From the NCBI GenBank assembly GCA_964016885.1, contig OZ024741.1:24304001-24368000 (forward strand): a stretch of 64,000 nucleotides of DNA. The letters run 5' to 3'. Under the pieces are notes generated by a model. The model was not told where the DNA came from. It ran no database searches and worked only from the letters and a program-made list of their open reading frames with translations. The DNA comes from Eledone cirrhosa (Eukaryota). Made by a program: the position numbers and the translations under genes. The number at the start of each line of letters is the position of its first letter. The first letter of the stretch is position 1. Shown piece by piece: positions 13,716 to 29,100 of this stretch.

Positions 13716-16700
13716 ACTGTGCTTCAGCCATGACCTAACCCTAATCCAGTACATATATAGTAAAAGACTGCGCTTCAGCCATGACCTAACCCTAATCCAG
13801 TACATATATAGTAAAAGACTGTGCTGCAGCCATGACCTAACCCTAATCCAGTACATATATAGTAAAAGACTGTGCTTCAGCTGTGACCTAACCCTAATCC
13901 AGTACATATATAATAAAAGACTGTGCTTCAGCTGTGACCTAACTCTAATCCAGTACATATATAGTAAAAGACTGTGCTGCAGCCATGACCTAACCCTAAT
14001 CCAGTACATATATAGTAAAAGACTGTGCTTCAGCTGTCACCTAACCCTAATCCAGTACATATATAGTAAAAGACTGTGCTTCAGCTGTCACCTAACTCTA
14101 ATCCAGTACATATATAGTAAAAGACCGTGTTTCAGCTGTGACCTAACCCTAATCCAGTACATATATAGTAAAAGACTGTGCTTCAGCCATGACCTAACCC
14201 TAATCCAGTACATATATAGTAAAAGACTGTGCTTCAGCCATGACCTAACCGTAATCCAGTACATATATAGTAAAAGACTGTGCTTCAGACATGACCTAAC
14301 CCTAATCCAGTACATATATAGTAAAAACTGTGCTTCAGCTGTCACCTAACCCTAATCTAGTACATATATAGTAAAAGACTGTGTTTCAGCTGTCACCTAA
14401 CCCTAATCCAGTACATATATAGTAAAAGACCGTGCTTCAGCCATGACATAACCCTAATCCAGTACATATATAGTAAAAGACTGTGCTTCAGCGATGACCT
14501 AACCCTAATCCAGTACATATATAGTAAAAGACTGTGCTTCAGCTGTCACCTAACCCTAATCCATTACATATATAGTAAAAGACTGTGCTTCAGCTGACTC
14601 CTAACCCTAATCCAGTACATATATAGTAAAAACTGTGCTTCAGCTGTCACCTAACTCTAATCCAGTACATATATAGTAAAAGACTGTGCTTCAGCCATGG
14701 CGTAACTTTAATCCAATCCATATATAGTAAAAGACTGTGCTTCAGCCATGACCTAACCCTAATCCGGTACATATATAGTAAAAGACCGTACTTCAGCCAG
14801 GACGTAACTTTAATCCAATCCATATATAGTAAAAGACTGTGCTTCAGCTGTCACCTAACCCTAATCCAGTACATATATATTAAAAGACTGTGCTTCAGCT
14901 GTCACCTAACTCTAATCCTGTACATATATAGTAAAAGACTGTGCTTCAGCCATGACCTAACCCTAATCCAGTACATATATAGTAAAAGACTGTGCTGCAG
15001 CCATGACCTAACCATAATCCAGTACATATATAGTAAAAGACTGTGCTTCAGCTGTCACCTAACCCTAATCCAGTACATATATAGTAAAAGACTGTGCTTC
15101 AGCTGTCACCTAACTCTAATCCTGTACATATATAGTAAAAGACTGTGCTGCAGCTGTCACCTAACCCTAATCCAGTACATATATAATAAAAGACTGTGCT
15201 GCAGCCATGACCTAACCCTAATCCAGTACATATATAGTAAAAGACTGTGCTTCAGCTGTCACCTAACCCTAATCCAGTACATATATAGTAAAAGACTGTG
15301 CTTCAGCTGTCACCTAACCCTAATCCAGTACATATATAATAAAAGACTGTGCTGCAGCCATGACCTAACCCTAATCCAGTACATATATAGTAAAAGACTG
15401 TGCTTCTGCTGTCACCTAACCCTAATCCAGTACATATATAGTAAAAGACTTTGCTTCAGCTGTCACCTAACCCTAATCCAGTACATATATAGTAAAAGAC
15501 TGTGCTTCAGCTGTCACATAACCCTAATCCAGTACATATATAGTAAAAGACTGTGCTTCAGCCATGACCTAACCCTAATCCAGTACATATATAGTAAAAG
15601 GCTGTGTTTCAGCTGTCACCTAACTCTAATCCAGTACATATATAGTAAAAGACTGTGCTTCAGCTGTCACCTAACTCTAATCCAGTACATATATAGTAAA
15701 AGACTGTGCTTCAGCTGTCACCTGACCCTAATCCAGTACATATATAGTAAAAGACTGTGCTTCAGCCATGACCTAACACTAATCCAGTACATATATAGTA
15801 AAAGACAGTGCCTCAGCTGTCACCTAACCCTAATCCAGTACATATATAGTAAAAGACTGTGCTTCAGCTGTCACCTGACCCTAATCCAGTACATATATAG
15901 TAAAAGACTGTGCTTCAGCTGTCACCTGACCCTAATCCAGTACATATATAGTAAAAGACTGTGCTTCAGCCATGACCTAACACTAATCCAGTACATATAT
16001 AGTAAAAGACAGTGCCTCAGCTGTCACCTAACCCTAATCCAGTACATATATAGTAAAAGACTGTGCTTCAGTTGTCACCTAACCCTAATCCAGTACATAT
16101 ATAGTAAAAGACTGTGCTTCAGCTGTCACCTAACCCTAATCCAGTACATATATAGTAAAAGACTGTGCTTCAGCTGTCACCTAACCCTAATCTAGTACAT
16201 ATATAGTAAAAGACTGTGCTTCAGCCATGACCTAACCCTAATGCAGTACATATATAGTAAAAGACTGTGCTTCAGCTGTCACCTAACCTTAATCCAGAAC
16301 ATATATAGTAAAAGACTGTGCTTCAGCTGTCACCTAACCCTAATGCAGTATATATATAGTAAAAGACTGTGCTTCAGCCATGACCTAACCCTAATCCAGT
16401 ACATATATAGTAAAAGACTGTGCTTCAGCTGTCACCTAACTCTAATCCAGTACATATATAGTAAAAGACTGTGATTCAGCTGTCACCTAACTGTAATCCA
16501 GTACATATATAGTAAAAGACTGTGCTTCAGCTGTCACCTAACCCTAATCCAGTACATCTATAGTAAAAGACTGTGCTTCAGCCATGACCTAACCCTAATC
16601 CAGTACATATATAGTAAAAGACTGTGCGTCAGCCATGACCTAACCCTAATGCAGTACATATATAGTAAAAGACTGTGCTTCAGCTGTGACCTAACCTTAA

Positions 16701-19700
16701 TCCAGTACATATATAGTAAAAGACTGTGCTTCAGCTGTCACCTAACCCTAATGCAGTACATATATAGTAAAAGACTGTGCTTCAGCCATGACCTAACCCT
16801 AATCCAGTACATATATAGTAAAAGACTGTGCTTCAGCTGTCACCTAACTCTAATCCAGTACATATATAGTAAAAGACTGTGCTTCAGCTGTCACCTAACT
16901 CTAATCCAGTACATATATAGTAAAAGACCGTGCCTCAGCCATGACCTAACTCTAATCCAGTACATATATAGTAAAAGACTGTGCTTCAGCTGTCACCTAA
17001 CCCTAATCCAGTACATATATAGTAAAAGACTGTGCTTCAGCCATGACCTAACCCTAATCCAGTACATATATAGTAAAAGACTGTGCTTCAGCTGTCACCT
17101 AACCCTAATCCAGTACATATATAGTAAAAGACTGTGATTCAGCCATGACCTAACCCTAATCCAGTACATATATAGTAAAAGACAGTGCCTCAGCTGTCAC
17201 CTAACCCTAATCCAGTACATATATAGTAAAAGACTGTGCTTCAGCTGTCACCTAACCCTAATCCAGTACATATATAGTAAAAGACTGTGCTTCAGCTGTC
17301 ACCTAACCCTAATCCAGTACATATATAGTAAAAGACTGTGCTTCAGCTGTCACCTAACCCTAATCCAGTACATATATAGTAAAAGACTGTGCTTCAGCTG
17401 TCACCTAACCCTAATCCAGTACATATATAGTAAAAGACTGTGCTTCAGCCATGACCTAACCCTAATCCAGTACATATATAGTAAAAGACTGTGCTTCAGC
17501 CTTGACCTAACCCTAATCCAGTACATATATAGAAAAAGACTGTGCTTCAGCTGTCACCTAACTCTAATCCAGTACATATATAGTAAAAGACCGTGCCTCA
17601 GCCATGACCTAACTCTAATCCAGTACATATATAGTAAAAGACTGTGCTTCAGCTGTCACCTAACCCTAATCCAGTACATATATAATAAAAGAATGTGCTT
17701 CAGCCATGACCTAACCCTAATCCAGTACATATATAGTAAAAGACTGTGCTTCAGCTGTCACCTAACTCTAATCCAGTACATATATAGTAAAAGACTGTGC
17801 TTCAGCTGTCACCTAACTCTAATCCAGTACATATATAGTAAAAGACCGTGCCTCAGCCATGACCTAACTCTAATCCAGTACATATATAGTAAAAGACTGT
17901 GCTTCAGCTGTCACCTAACTGTAATCCAGTACATATATAGTAAAAGACTGTGCTTCAGCTGTCACCTAACCCTAATCCAGTACATATATAGTAAAAGACT
18001 GTGCTTCAGCTGTCACCTAACCCTAATCCAGTACATATATAGTAAAAGAGTATGCTTCAGCTGTCACCTAACCCTAATCCAGTACATATATAGTAAAAGA
18101 CTGTGCTTCAGCTGTCACCTAACCTTAATCCAGTACATATATAGTAAAAGACTGTGCTTCAGCTGTCACCTAACCCTAATCCAGTACATATATAGTAAAA
18201 GACCGTGCTTCATCTGTCACCTAACCTTAATCCAGTACATATACAGTAAAAGACCGTGCTTCAGCTGTCATCTAACCTTAATCCAGTACATATATAGTAA
18301 AAGACCGTGCTTCAGCTGTCACCTAACTCTAATCCAGTACATATATAGTAAAAGACTGTGCTGCAGCCATGACCTAACCTTAATCCAGTACATATATAGT
18401 AAAAGACTGTGCTTCGGCTGTCACCTAACTCTAATCCAGTACATATATAGTAAAAGACCGTGCTTCAGCTGTCACCTAACCTTAATCCAGTACATATATA
18501 GTAAAAGACCGTGCTTCAGCTGTCACCTAACCCTAATCCATTACATATATAGTAAAAGACTGTGCTTCAGCTGTCACCTAACTCTAATCCAGTACATATA
18601 TAGTAAAAGACCGTGCTTCAGCTGTCACCTAACTCTAATCCGGTACATATATAGTAAAAAACTGTGCTTCAGCTGTCACCTAACTCTAATCCAGTACATA
18701 TATAGTAAAAGACTGTGCTTCAGCCATGACCTAACTCTAATCCAGTACATATATAGTAAAAGACTGTGCTTCAGCTGTCACCTAACCCTAATCCAGTACA
18801 TATATAGTAAAAGACTGTGCTTCAGCCATGACCTAACCCTAATCCAGTACATATATAGTAAAAGACTGTGCTTCATCCATGACCTAACCCTAATCCAGTA
18901 CATATATAGTAAAAGACCGTGCTTCAGCTGTCACCTACATCTAATCCAGTACATATATAGTAAAAGACTGTGCTTCAGCCATGACCTAACTCTAATCCAG
19001 TACATATATAGTAAAAGACTGTGCTTCAGCTGTCACCTAACCCTAATCCAGTACATATATAGTAAAAGACTGTGCTTCAGCCATGACCTAACCCTAATCC
19101 AGTACATATATAGTAAAAGACTGTGCTTCAGCTGTCACCTAACTCTAATCCAGTACATATATAGTAAATGACCGTGTTTCAGCTGTGACCTAACCCTAAT
19201 CCAGTACATATATAGTAAAAGACTGTGCTTCAGCCATGACCTAATCCTAATCCAGTACATATATAGTAAAAGACTGTGCTTCAGCCATGACCTAACCCTA
19301 ATCCAGTACATATATAGTAAAAGACTGTGCTTCAGACATGACCTAACCCTAATCCAGTACATATATAGTAAAAGACTGTGTTTCAGCTGTCACCTAACCC
19401 TAATCCAGTACATATATAGTAAAAGACCATGCTTCAGCCATGACCTAACCCTAATGCAGTACATATATAGTAAAAGACTGTGCTTCAGCCATGACCTAAC
19501 CCTAATCCAGTACATATATAGTAAAAGACTGTGCTTTAGCTGTCACCTAACCCTAATCCAGTACATATATAGTAAAAGACTGTGCTTCAGCTGACTCCTA
19601 ACCTTAATCCAGTACATATATAGTAAAAGACTGTGCTTCAGCTGTCACCTAACTCTAATCCAGTACATATATAGTAAAAGACCGTGCTTCAGCCATGACG

Positions 19701-21072
19701 TAACTTTAATCCAATCCATATATAGTAAAAGACTGTGCTTCAGCCATGACCTAACCCTAATCCAGTACATATATAGTAAAAGACCGTACTTCAGCCATGA
19801 CGTAACTTTAATCCAATCCATATATAGTAAAAGACTGTGCTTCAGCTGTCACCTAACTCTAATCCTGTACATATATAGTAAAAAACTGTGCTTCAGCTGT
19901 CACCTAACCCTAATCCAGTACATATATAGTAAAAGACTGTGCTTCAGCCATGACCTAACCCTAATACAGTACATATACAGTAAAAGACTGTGCTTCAGCT
20001 GTCACCTAACCCTAATCCAGTACATATATAGTAAAAGACTGTGCTTCAGCTGTCACCTATACCCTAATCCAGTACATATATAGTAAAGACCGTGCTTCAG
20101 CCATGACCTAACCCTAATCCAGTACATATATAGTAAAAGACTGTGCTTCAGCCATGACCTCACCCTAATCCAGTACATATATAGTAAAAGACAGTGCTTC
20201 AGCTGTCACCTAACTCTGATCCAGTACATAAATAGTAAAAGACCGTGCCTCAGCTGTGACCTAACCCTAATCCAGTACATATATAGTAAAAGACTGTGCC
20301 TCAGCTGTGACCTAACCCTAATCCAGTACATATATAGTAAAAGACTGTGCTTCAGCCACGATCTAACCCTAATCCAGTACATATATAATAAAAGACCATG
20401 CCTCAGCTGTGACCTAACCTTAATCCAGTACATATATATGAAAAGACTGTGCATCAGCTGTGACCTAACCTTAATCCAGTACATATATAGTAAAAGACTG
20501 TGCTTCAGCTGTGACCTAACCCTAATCCAGTACATATATAGTAAAAGACTGTGCTTCAGCTGTCACCTAACCCTAATCCAATACATATATAATAAAAGAC
20601 TGTGCTGCAGCCATGACCTAACCCTAATCCAGTACATATATAGTAAAAGACTGTGCTTCTGCCATGACCTAACCCTAATCCAGTACATATGTAGTAAAAG
20701 ACTGTGCTTCAGCTGTCACCTAACCCTAATCCAGTACATATATAGTAAAAGAGCGTGCCTCAGCTGTCACCTAACCCTAATCCAGTACATATATAGTAAA
20801 AGACCGTGCTTCAGCCACGATCTAACCCTAATCCAGTACATATATAGTAAAAGACCATACCTCAGCTGTGACCTAACCTTAATCCAGTACATATATAGTA
20901 AAAGACTGTGCTTTAGCTGTCACCTAACCCTAATCCAGTACATATATAGTAAAAGACTGTGCTTCAGCCATGACCTAACCCTAATCCAGTACATATATAG
21001 TAAAAGACTGTGCTTCAGCTGTCACCTAACCCTAATCCAGTACATATATAGTAAAAGACTGTGCTTCAGCTG

Positions 21073-24000
21073 TCACCTAACTCTGATCCAGTACATATAT
21101 AGTAAAAGACCGTGCCTCAGCTGTGACCTAACCCTAATCCAGTACATATATAGTAAAAGACTGTGCCTCAGCTGTGACCTAACCCTAATCCAGTACATAT
21201 ATAGTAAAAGACCGTGCTTCAGCCACGATCTAACCCTACTCCAGTACATATATAGTAAAAGACTGTGCTTCAGCCATGACCTAACCCTAATCCAGTACAT
21301 ATATAGAAAAAGACTGTGCTTCAGACATGACCTAACCCTAATCCAGTACATATATAGTAAAAACTGTGCTTCAGCTGTCACCTAACCCTAATCCAGTACA
21401 TATATAGTAAAAGACTGTGTTTCAGCTGTCACCTAACCCTAATCCAGTACATATATAGTAAAAGACCGTGCTTCAGCCATGACCTAACCCTAATCCAGTA
21501 CATATATAGTAAAAGACTGTGCTTCAGCCATGACCTAACCCTAATCCAGTACATATATAGTAAAAGACTGTGCTTCAGCTGTCACCTAACCCTAATCCAT
21601 TACATATATAGTAAAAGACTGTGCTTCAGCTGACTCCTAACTTTAATCCAGTACATATATAGTAAAAGACTGTGCTTCAGCTGTCACCTAACTCTAATCC
21701 AGTACATATATAGTAAAAGACTGTGCTTCAGCCATGGCGTAACTTTAATCCAATCCATATATAGTAAAAGACTGTGCTTCAGCCATGACCTAACCCTAAT
21801 CCAGTACATATATAGTAAAAGACCGTACTTCAGCCATGACGTAACTTTAATCCAATCCATATATAGTAAAAGACTGTGCTTCAGCTGTCACCTAACCCTA
21901 ATCCAGTACATATATAGTAAAAGACTGTGCTTCAGCTGTCACCTAACTCTAATCCTGTACATATATAGTAAAAGACTGTGCTTCAGCTGTCACCTAACCC
22001 TAATCCAGTGCATATATAGTAAAAGACTGTGCTGCAGCCATGACCTAACCATAATCCAGTACATATATAGTAAAAGACTGTGCTTCAGCTGTCACCTAAC
22101 CCTAATCCAGTACATATATAGTAAAAGACTGTGCTTCAGCTGTCACCTAACTCTAATCCTGTACATATATAGTAAAAGACTGTGCTGCAGCTGTCACCTA
22201 ACCCTAATCCAGTACATATATAATAAAAGACTGTGCTGCAGCCATGACCTAACCCTAATCCAGTACATATATAGTAAAAGACTGTGCTTCAGCTGTCACC
22301 TAACCCTAATCCAGTACATATATAGTAAAAGACTGTGCTTCAGCTGTCACCTAACCCTAATCCAGTACATATATAATAAAAGACTGTGCTGCAGCCATGA
22401 CCTAACCCTAATCCAGTACATATATAGTAAAAGACTGTGCTTCTGCTGTCACCTAACCCTAATCCAGTACATATATAGTAAAAGACTTTGCTTCAGCTGT
22501 CACCTAACCCTAATCCAGTACATATATAGTAAAAGACTGTGCTTCAGCCATGACCTAACCCTAATTCAGTACATATATAGTAAAAGGCTGTGTTTCAGCT
22601 GTCACCTAACTCTAATCCAGTACATATATAGTAAAAGACTGTGCTTCAGCTGTCACCTAACTCTAATCCAGTACATATATAGTAAAAGACTGTGCTTCAG
22701 CTGTCACCTGACCCTAATCCAGTACATATATAGTAAAAGACTGTGCTTCAGCTGTCACCTAACTCTAATCCAGTACATATATAGTAAAAGACTGTGCTTC
22801 AGCTGTCACCTGACCCTAATCCAGTACATATATAGTAAAAGACTGTGCTTCAGCTGTCACCTAACCCTAATCTATTACATATATAGTAAAAGACTGTGCT
22901 TCAGCCATGACCTAACCCTAATGCAGTACATATATAGTAAAAGACTGTGCTTCAGCTGTCACCTAACCCTAATCCAGTACATATATAATAAAAGACTGTG
23001 CTGCAGCCATGACCTAACCCTAATCCAGTACATATATAGTAAAAGACTGTGCTTCTGCTGTCACCTAACCCTAATCCAGTACATATATAGTAAAAGACTT
23101 TGCTTCAGCTGTTACCTAACCCTAATCCAGTACATATATAGTAAAAGACTGTGCTTCAGCTGTCACATAACCCTAATCCAGTACATATATAGTAAAAGAC
23201 TGTGCTTCAGCCGCGATCTAACCCTAATCCAGTACATATATAGTAAAAGACCATGCCTCAGCTGTGACCTAACCTTAATCCAGTACATATATATGAAAAG
23301 ACTGTGCATCAGCTGTGACCTAACCTTAATCCAGTACATATATAGTAAAAGACTGTGCTTCAGCTGTGACCTAACCCTAATCCAGTACATATATAGTAAA
23401 AGACTGTGCTTCAGCTGTCACCTAACCCTAATCCAATACATATATAATAAAAGACTGTGCTGCAGCCATGACCTAACCCTAATCCAGTACATATATAGTA
23501 AAAGACTGTGCTTCTGCCATGACCTAACCCTAATCCAGTACATATGTAGTAAAAGACTGTGCTTCAGCTGTCACCTAAGCCTCATCCAGTACATATATAG
23601 TAAAAGACTGTGCCTCAGCTGTCACCTAACCCTAATCCAGTACATATATAGTAAAAGAGTTTGCCTCAGCTGTGACCTAACCCTAATCCAGTACATATAT
23701 AGTAAAAGACCGTGCTTCAGCCACGATCTAACCCTAATCCAGTACATATATAGTAAAAGACCATACCTCAGCTGTGACCTAACCTTAATCCAGTACATAT
23801 ATAGTAAAAGACTGTGCTTTAGCTGTCACCTAACCCTAATCCAGTACATATATAGTAAAAGACTGTGCTTCAGCCATGACCTAACCCTAATCCAGTACAT
23901 ATATAGTAAAAGACTGTGCTTCAGCTGTCACCTAACCCTAATCCAGTACATATATAGTAAAAGACTGTGCTTCAGCTGTCACCTATACCCTAATCCAGTA

Positions 24001-27000
24001 CATATATAGTAAAGACCGTGCTTCAGCCATGACCTAACCCTAATCCAGTACATATATAGTAAAAGACTGTGCTTCAGCTGTCACCTAACTCTGATCCAGT
24101 ACATATATAGTAAAAGACCGTGCCTCAGCTGTGACCTAACCCTAATCCAGTACATATATAGTAAAAGACTGTGCCTCAGCTGTGACCTAACCCTAATCCA
24201 GTACAGATATAGTAAAAGACCGTGCTTCAGCCACGATCTAACCCTAATCCAGTACATATATAGTAAAAGACTGTGCTTCAGCCATGACCTAACCCTAATC
24301 CAGTACATATATAGTAAAAGACTGTGCTTCAGACATGACCTAACCCTAATCCAGTACATATATAGTAAAAACTGTGCTTCAGCTGTCACCTAACCCTAAT
24401 CCAGTACATATATAGTAAAAGACTGTGTTTCAGCTGTCACCTAACCCTAATCCAGTACATATATAGTAAAAGACCGTGCTTCAGCCATGACCTAACCCTA
24501 ATCCAGTACATATATAGTAAAAGACTGTGCTTCAGCCATGACCTAACCCTAATCCAGTACATATATAGTAAAAGACTGTGCTTCAGCTGTCACCTAACCC
24601 TAATCCATTACATATATAGTAAAAGACTGTGCTTCAGCTGACTCCTAACCCTAATCCAGTACATATATAGTAAAAGACTGTGCTTCAGCTGTCACCTAAC
24701 TCTAATCCAGTACATATATAGTAAAAGACTGTGCTTCAGCCATGGCGTAACTTTAATCCAATCCATATATAGTAAAAGACTGTGCTTCAGCCATGACCTA
24801 ACCCTAATCCAGTACATATATAGTAAAAGACTGTGCTTCAGCCATGACCTAACCCTAATCCAGTACATATATAGTAAAAGACTGTGCTTCAGCCATGACC
24901 TAACCATAATCCAGTACATATATAGTAAAAGACGTACTTCAGCCATGACGTAACTTTAATCCAATCCATATATAGTAAAAGACTGTGCTTCAGCTGTCAC
25001 CTAACCCTAATCCAGTACATATATAGTAAAAGACTGTGCTTCAGCTGTCACCTAACTCTAATCCTGTACATATATAGTAAAAGACTGTGCTTCAGCTGTC
25101 ACCTAACCCTAATCCAGTACATATATAGTAAAAGACTGTGCTGCAGCCATGACCTAACCATAATCCAGTACATATATAGTAAAAGACTGTGCTTCAGCTG
25201 TCACCTAACCCTAATCCAGTACATATATAGTAAAAGTCTGTGCTTCAGCCATGACCTAACCCTAATCCAGTACATATATAGTAAAAGACTGTGCTTCAGC
25301 TGTCACCTAACCCTAATCCAGTACATATATAGTAAAAGACTGTGCTTCAGCTGTCACCTAACCCTAATCCAGTACATATATAATAAAAGACTGTGCTGCA
25401 GCCATGACCTAACCCTAATCCTGTACATATATAGTAAAAGACTGTGCTTCTGCTGTCACCTAACCCTAATCCAGTACATATATAGTAAAAGACTTTGCTT
25501 CAGCTGTCACCTAACCCTAATCCAGTACATATATAGTAAAAGACTGTGCTTCAGCTGTCACATAACCCTAATCCAGTACATATATAGTAAAAGACTGTGC
25601 TTCAGCCATGACCTAACCCTAATTCAGGACATATATAGTAAAAGGCTGTGTTTCAGCTGTCACCTAACTCTAATCCAGTACATATATAGTAAAAGACTGT
25701 GCTTCAGCTGTCACCTAACTCTAATCCAGTACATATATAGTAAAAGACTGTGCTTCAGCTGTCACCTGACCCTAATCCAGTACATATATAGTAAAAGACT
25801 GTGCTTCAGCTGTCACCTAACTCTAATCCAGGACATATATAGTAAAAGACTGTGCTTCAGCTGTCACCTGACCCTAATCCAGTACATATATAGTAAAAGA
25901 CTGTGCTTCAGCTGTCACCTAACCCTAATCTAGGACATATATAGTAAAAGACTGTGCTTCAGCCATGACCTAACCCTAATGCAGTACATATATAGTAAAA
26001 GACTGTGCTTCAGCTGTCACCTAACCCTAATCCAGTACATATATAATAAAAGACTGTGCTGCAGCCATGACCTAACCCTAATCCAGTACATATATAGTAA
26101 AAGACTGTGCTTCTGCTGTCACCTAACCCTAATCCAGTACATATATAGTAAAAGACTTTGCTTCAGCTGTCACCTAACCCTAATCCAGTACATATATAGT
26201 AAAAGACTGTGCTTCAGCTGTCACATAACCCTAATCCAGTACATATATAGTAAAAGACTGTGCTTCAGCCATGACCTAACCCTAATTCAGTACATATATA
26301 GTAAAAGGCTGTGTTTCAGCTGTCACCTAACTCTAATCCAGTACATATATAGTAAAAGACTGTGCTTCAGCTGTCACCTAACTCTAATCCAGTACATATA
26401 TAGTAAAAGACTGTGCTTCAGCTGTCACCTGACCCTAATCCAGTACATATTTAGTAAAAGACTGTGCTTCAGCCATGACCTAACACTAATCCAGTACATA
26501 TATAGTAAAAGACTGTGCTTCAGCTGTCACCTAACTCTGATCCAGTACATATATAGTAAAAGACCGTGCCTCAGCTGTGACCTAACCCTAATCCAGTACA
26601 TATATAGTAAAAGACTGTGCCTCAGCTGTGACCTAACCCTAATCCAGTACAGATATAGTAAAAGACCGTGCTTCAGCCACGATCTAACCCTAATCCAGTA
26701 CATATATAGTAAAAGACTGTGCTTCAGCCATGACCTAACCCTAATCCAGTACATATATAGTAAAAGACTGTGCTTCAGACATGACCTAACCCTAATCCAG
26801 TACATATATAGTAAAAACTGTGCTTCAGCTGTCACCTAACCCTAATCCAGTACATATATAGTAAAAGACTGTGTTTCAGCTGTCACCTAACCCTAATCCA
26901 GTACATATATAGTAAAAGACCGTGCTTCAGCCATGACCTAACCCTAATCCAGTACATATATAGTAAAAGACTGTGCTTCAGCCATGACCTAACCCTAATC

Positions 27001-29100
27001 CAGTACATATATAGTAAAAGACTGTGCTTCAGCTGTCACCTAACCCTAATCCATTACATATATAGTAAAAGACTGTGCTTCAGCCTACTCCTAACCCTAA
27101 TCCAGTACATATATAGTAAAAGACTGTGCTTCAGCTGTCACCTAACTCTAATCCAGTACATATATAGTAAAAGACTGTGCTTCAGCCATGGCGTAACTTT
27201 AATCCAATCCATATATAGTAAAAGACTGTGCTTCAGCCATGACCTAACCCTAATCCAGTACATATATAGTAAAAGACTGTGCTTCAGCCATGACCTAACC
27301 CTAATCCAGTACATATATAGTAAAAGACTGTGCTTCAGCCATGACCTAACCATAATCCAGTACATATATAGTAAAAGACGTACTTCAGCCATGACGTAAC
27401 TTTAATCCAATCCATATATAGTAAAAGACTGTGCTTCAGCTGTCACCTAACCCTAATCCAGTACATATATAGTAAAAGACTGTGCTTCAGCCATGACCTA
27501 ACTCTAATCCAGTACATATATAGTAAAAGACTGTGCTTCAGCTGTCACCTAACTCTAATCCTGTACATATATAGTAAAAGACTGTGCTTCAGCTGTCACC
27601 TAACCCTAATCCAGTACATATATAGTAAAAGACTGTGCTGCAGCCATGACCTAACCATAATCCAGTACATATATAGTAAAAGACTGTGCTTCAGCTGTCA
27701 CCTAACCCTAATCCAGTACATATATAGTAAAAGACTGTGCTTCAGCTGTCACCTAACTCTAATCCTGTACATATATAGTAAAAGACTGTGCTGCAGCTGT
27801 CACCTAACCCTAATCCAGTACATATATAATAAAAGACTGTGCTGCAGCCATGACCTAACCCTAATCCAGTACATATATAGTAAAAGACTGTGCTTCAGCT
27901 GTCACCTAACCCTAATCCAGTACATATATAGTAAAAGACTGTGCTTCAGCTGTCACCTAACCCTAATCCAGTACATATATAATAAAAGACTGTGCTGCAG
28001 CCATGACCTAACCCTAATCCTGTACATATATAGTAAAAGACTGTGCTTCTGCTGTCACCTAACCCTAATCCAGTACATATATAGTAAAAGACTTTGCTTC
28101 AGCTGTCACCTAACCCTAATCCAGTACATATATAGTAAAAGACTGTGCTTCAGCTGTCACATAACCCTAATCCAGTACATATATAGTAAAAGACTGTGCT
28201 TCAGCCATGACCTAACCCTAATTCAGTACATATATAGTAAAAGGCTGTGTTTCAGCTGTCACCTAACTCTAATCCAGTACATATATAGTAAAAGACTGTG
28301 CTTCAGCTGTCACCTAACTCTAATCCAGTACATATATAGTAAAAGACTGTGCTTCAGCTGTCACCTGACCCTAATCCAGTACATATATAGTAAAAGACTG
28401 TGCTTCAGCTGTCACCTAACTCTAATCCAGTACATATATAGTAAAAGACTGTGCTTCAGCTGTCACCTGACCCTAATCCAGTACATATATAGTAAAAGAC
28501 TGTGCTTCAGCTGTCACCTAACCCTAATCTAGTACATATATAGTAAAAGACTGTGCTTCAGCCATGACCTAACCCTAATGCAGTACATATATAGTAAAAG
28601 ACTGTGCTTCAGCTGTCACCTAACCCTAATCCAGTACATATATAATAAAAGACTGTGCTGCAGCCATGACCTAACCCTAATCCAGTACATATATAGTAAA
28701 AGACTGTGCTTCTGCTGTCACCTAACCCTAATCCAGTACATATATAGTAAAAGACTTTGCTTCAGCTGTCACCTAACCCTAATCCAGTACATATATAGTA
28801 AAAGACTGTGCTTCAGCTGTCACATAACCCTAATCCAGTACATATATAGTAAAAGACTGTGCTTCAGCCATGACCTAACCCTAATTCAGTACATATATAG
28901 TAAAAGGCTGTGTTTCAGCTGTCACCTAACTCTAATCCAGTACATATATAGTAAAAGACTGTGCTTCAGCTGTCACCTAACTCTAATCCAGTACATATAT
29001 AGTAAAAGACTGTGCTTCAGCTGTCACCTGACCCTAATCCAGTACATATTTAGTAAAAGACTGTGCTTCAGCCATGACCTAACACTAATCCAGTACATAT
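21073..29100. repeat. Three related tandem blocks of ~2.4-3.0 kb (starting ~21.07, ~24.08 and ~26.53 kb)
   Basis: Equivalent ORFs at 21073/24081/26527 (+3008, +2446), 24692/27138 (+2446) and 22921/25979/28578. The private marker gtacagatat is at 24201/26647, and the deletion aagacgtact at ~24931/~27377. Confidence 0.88.
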
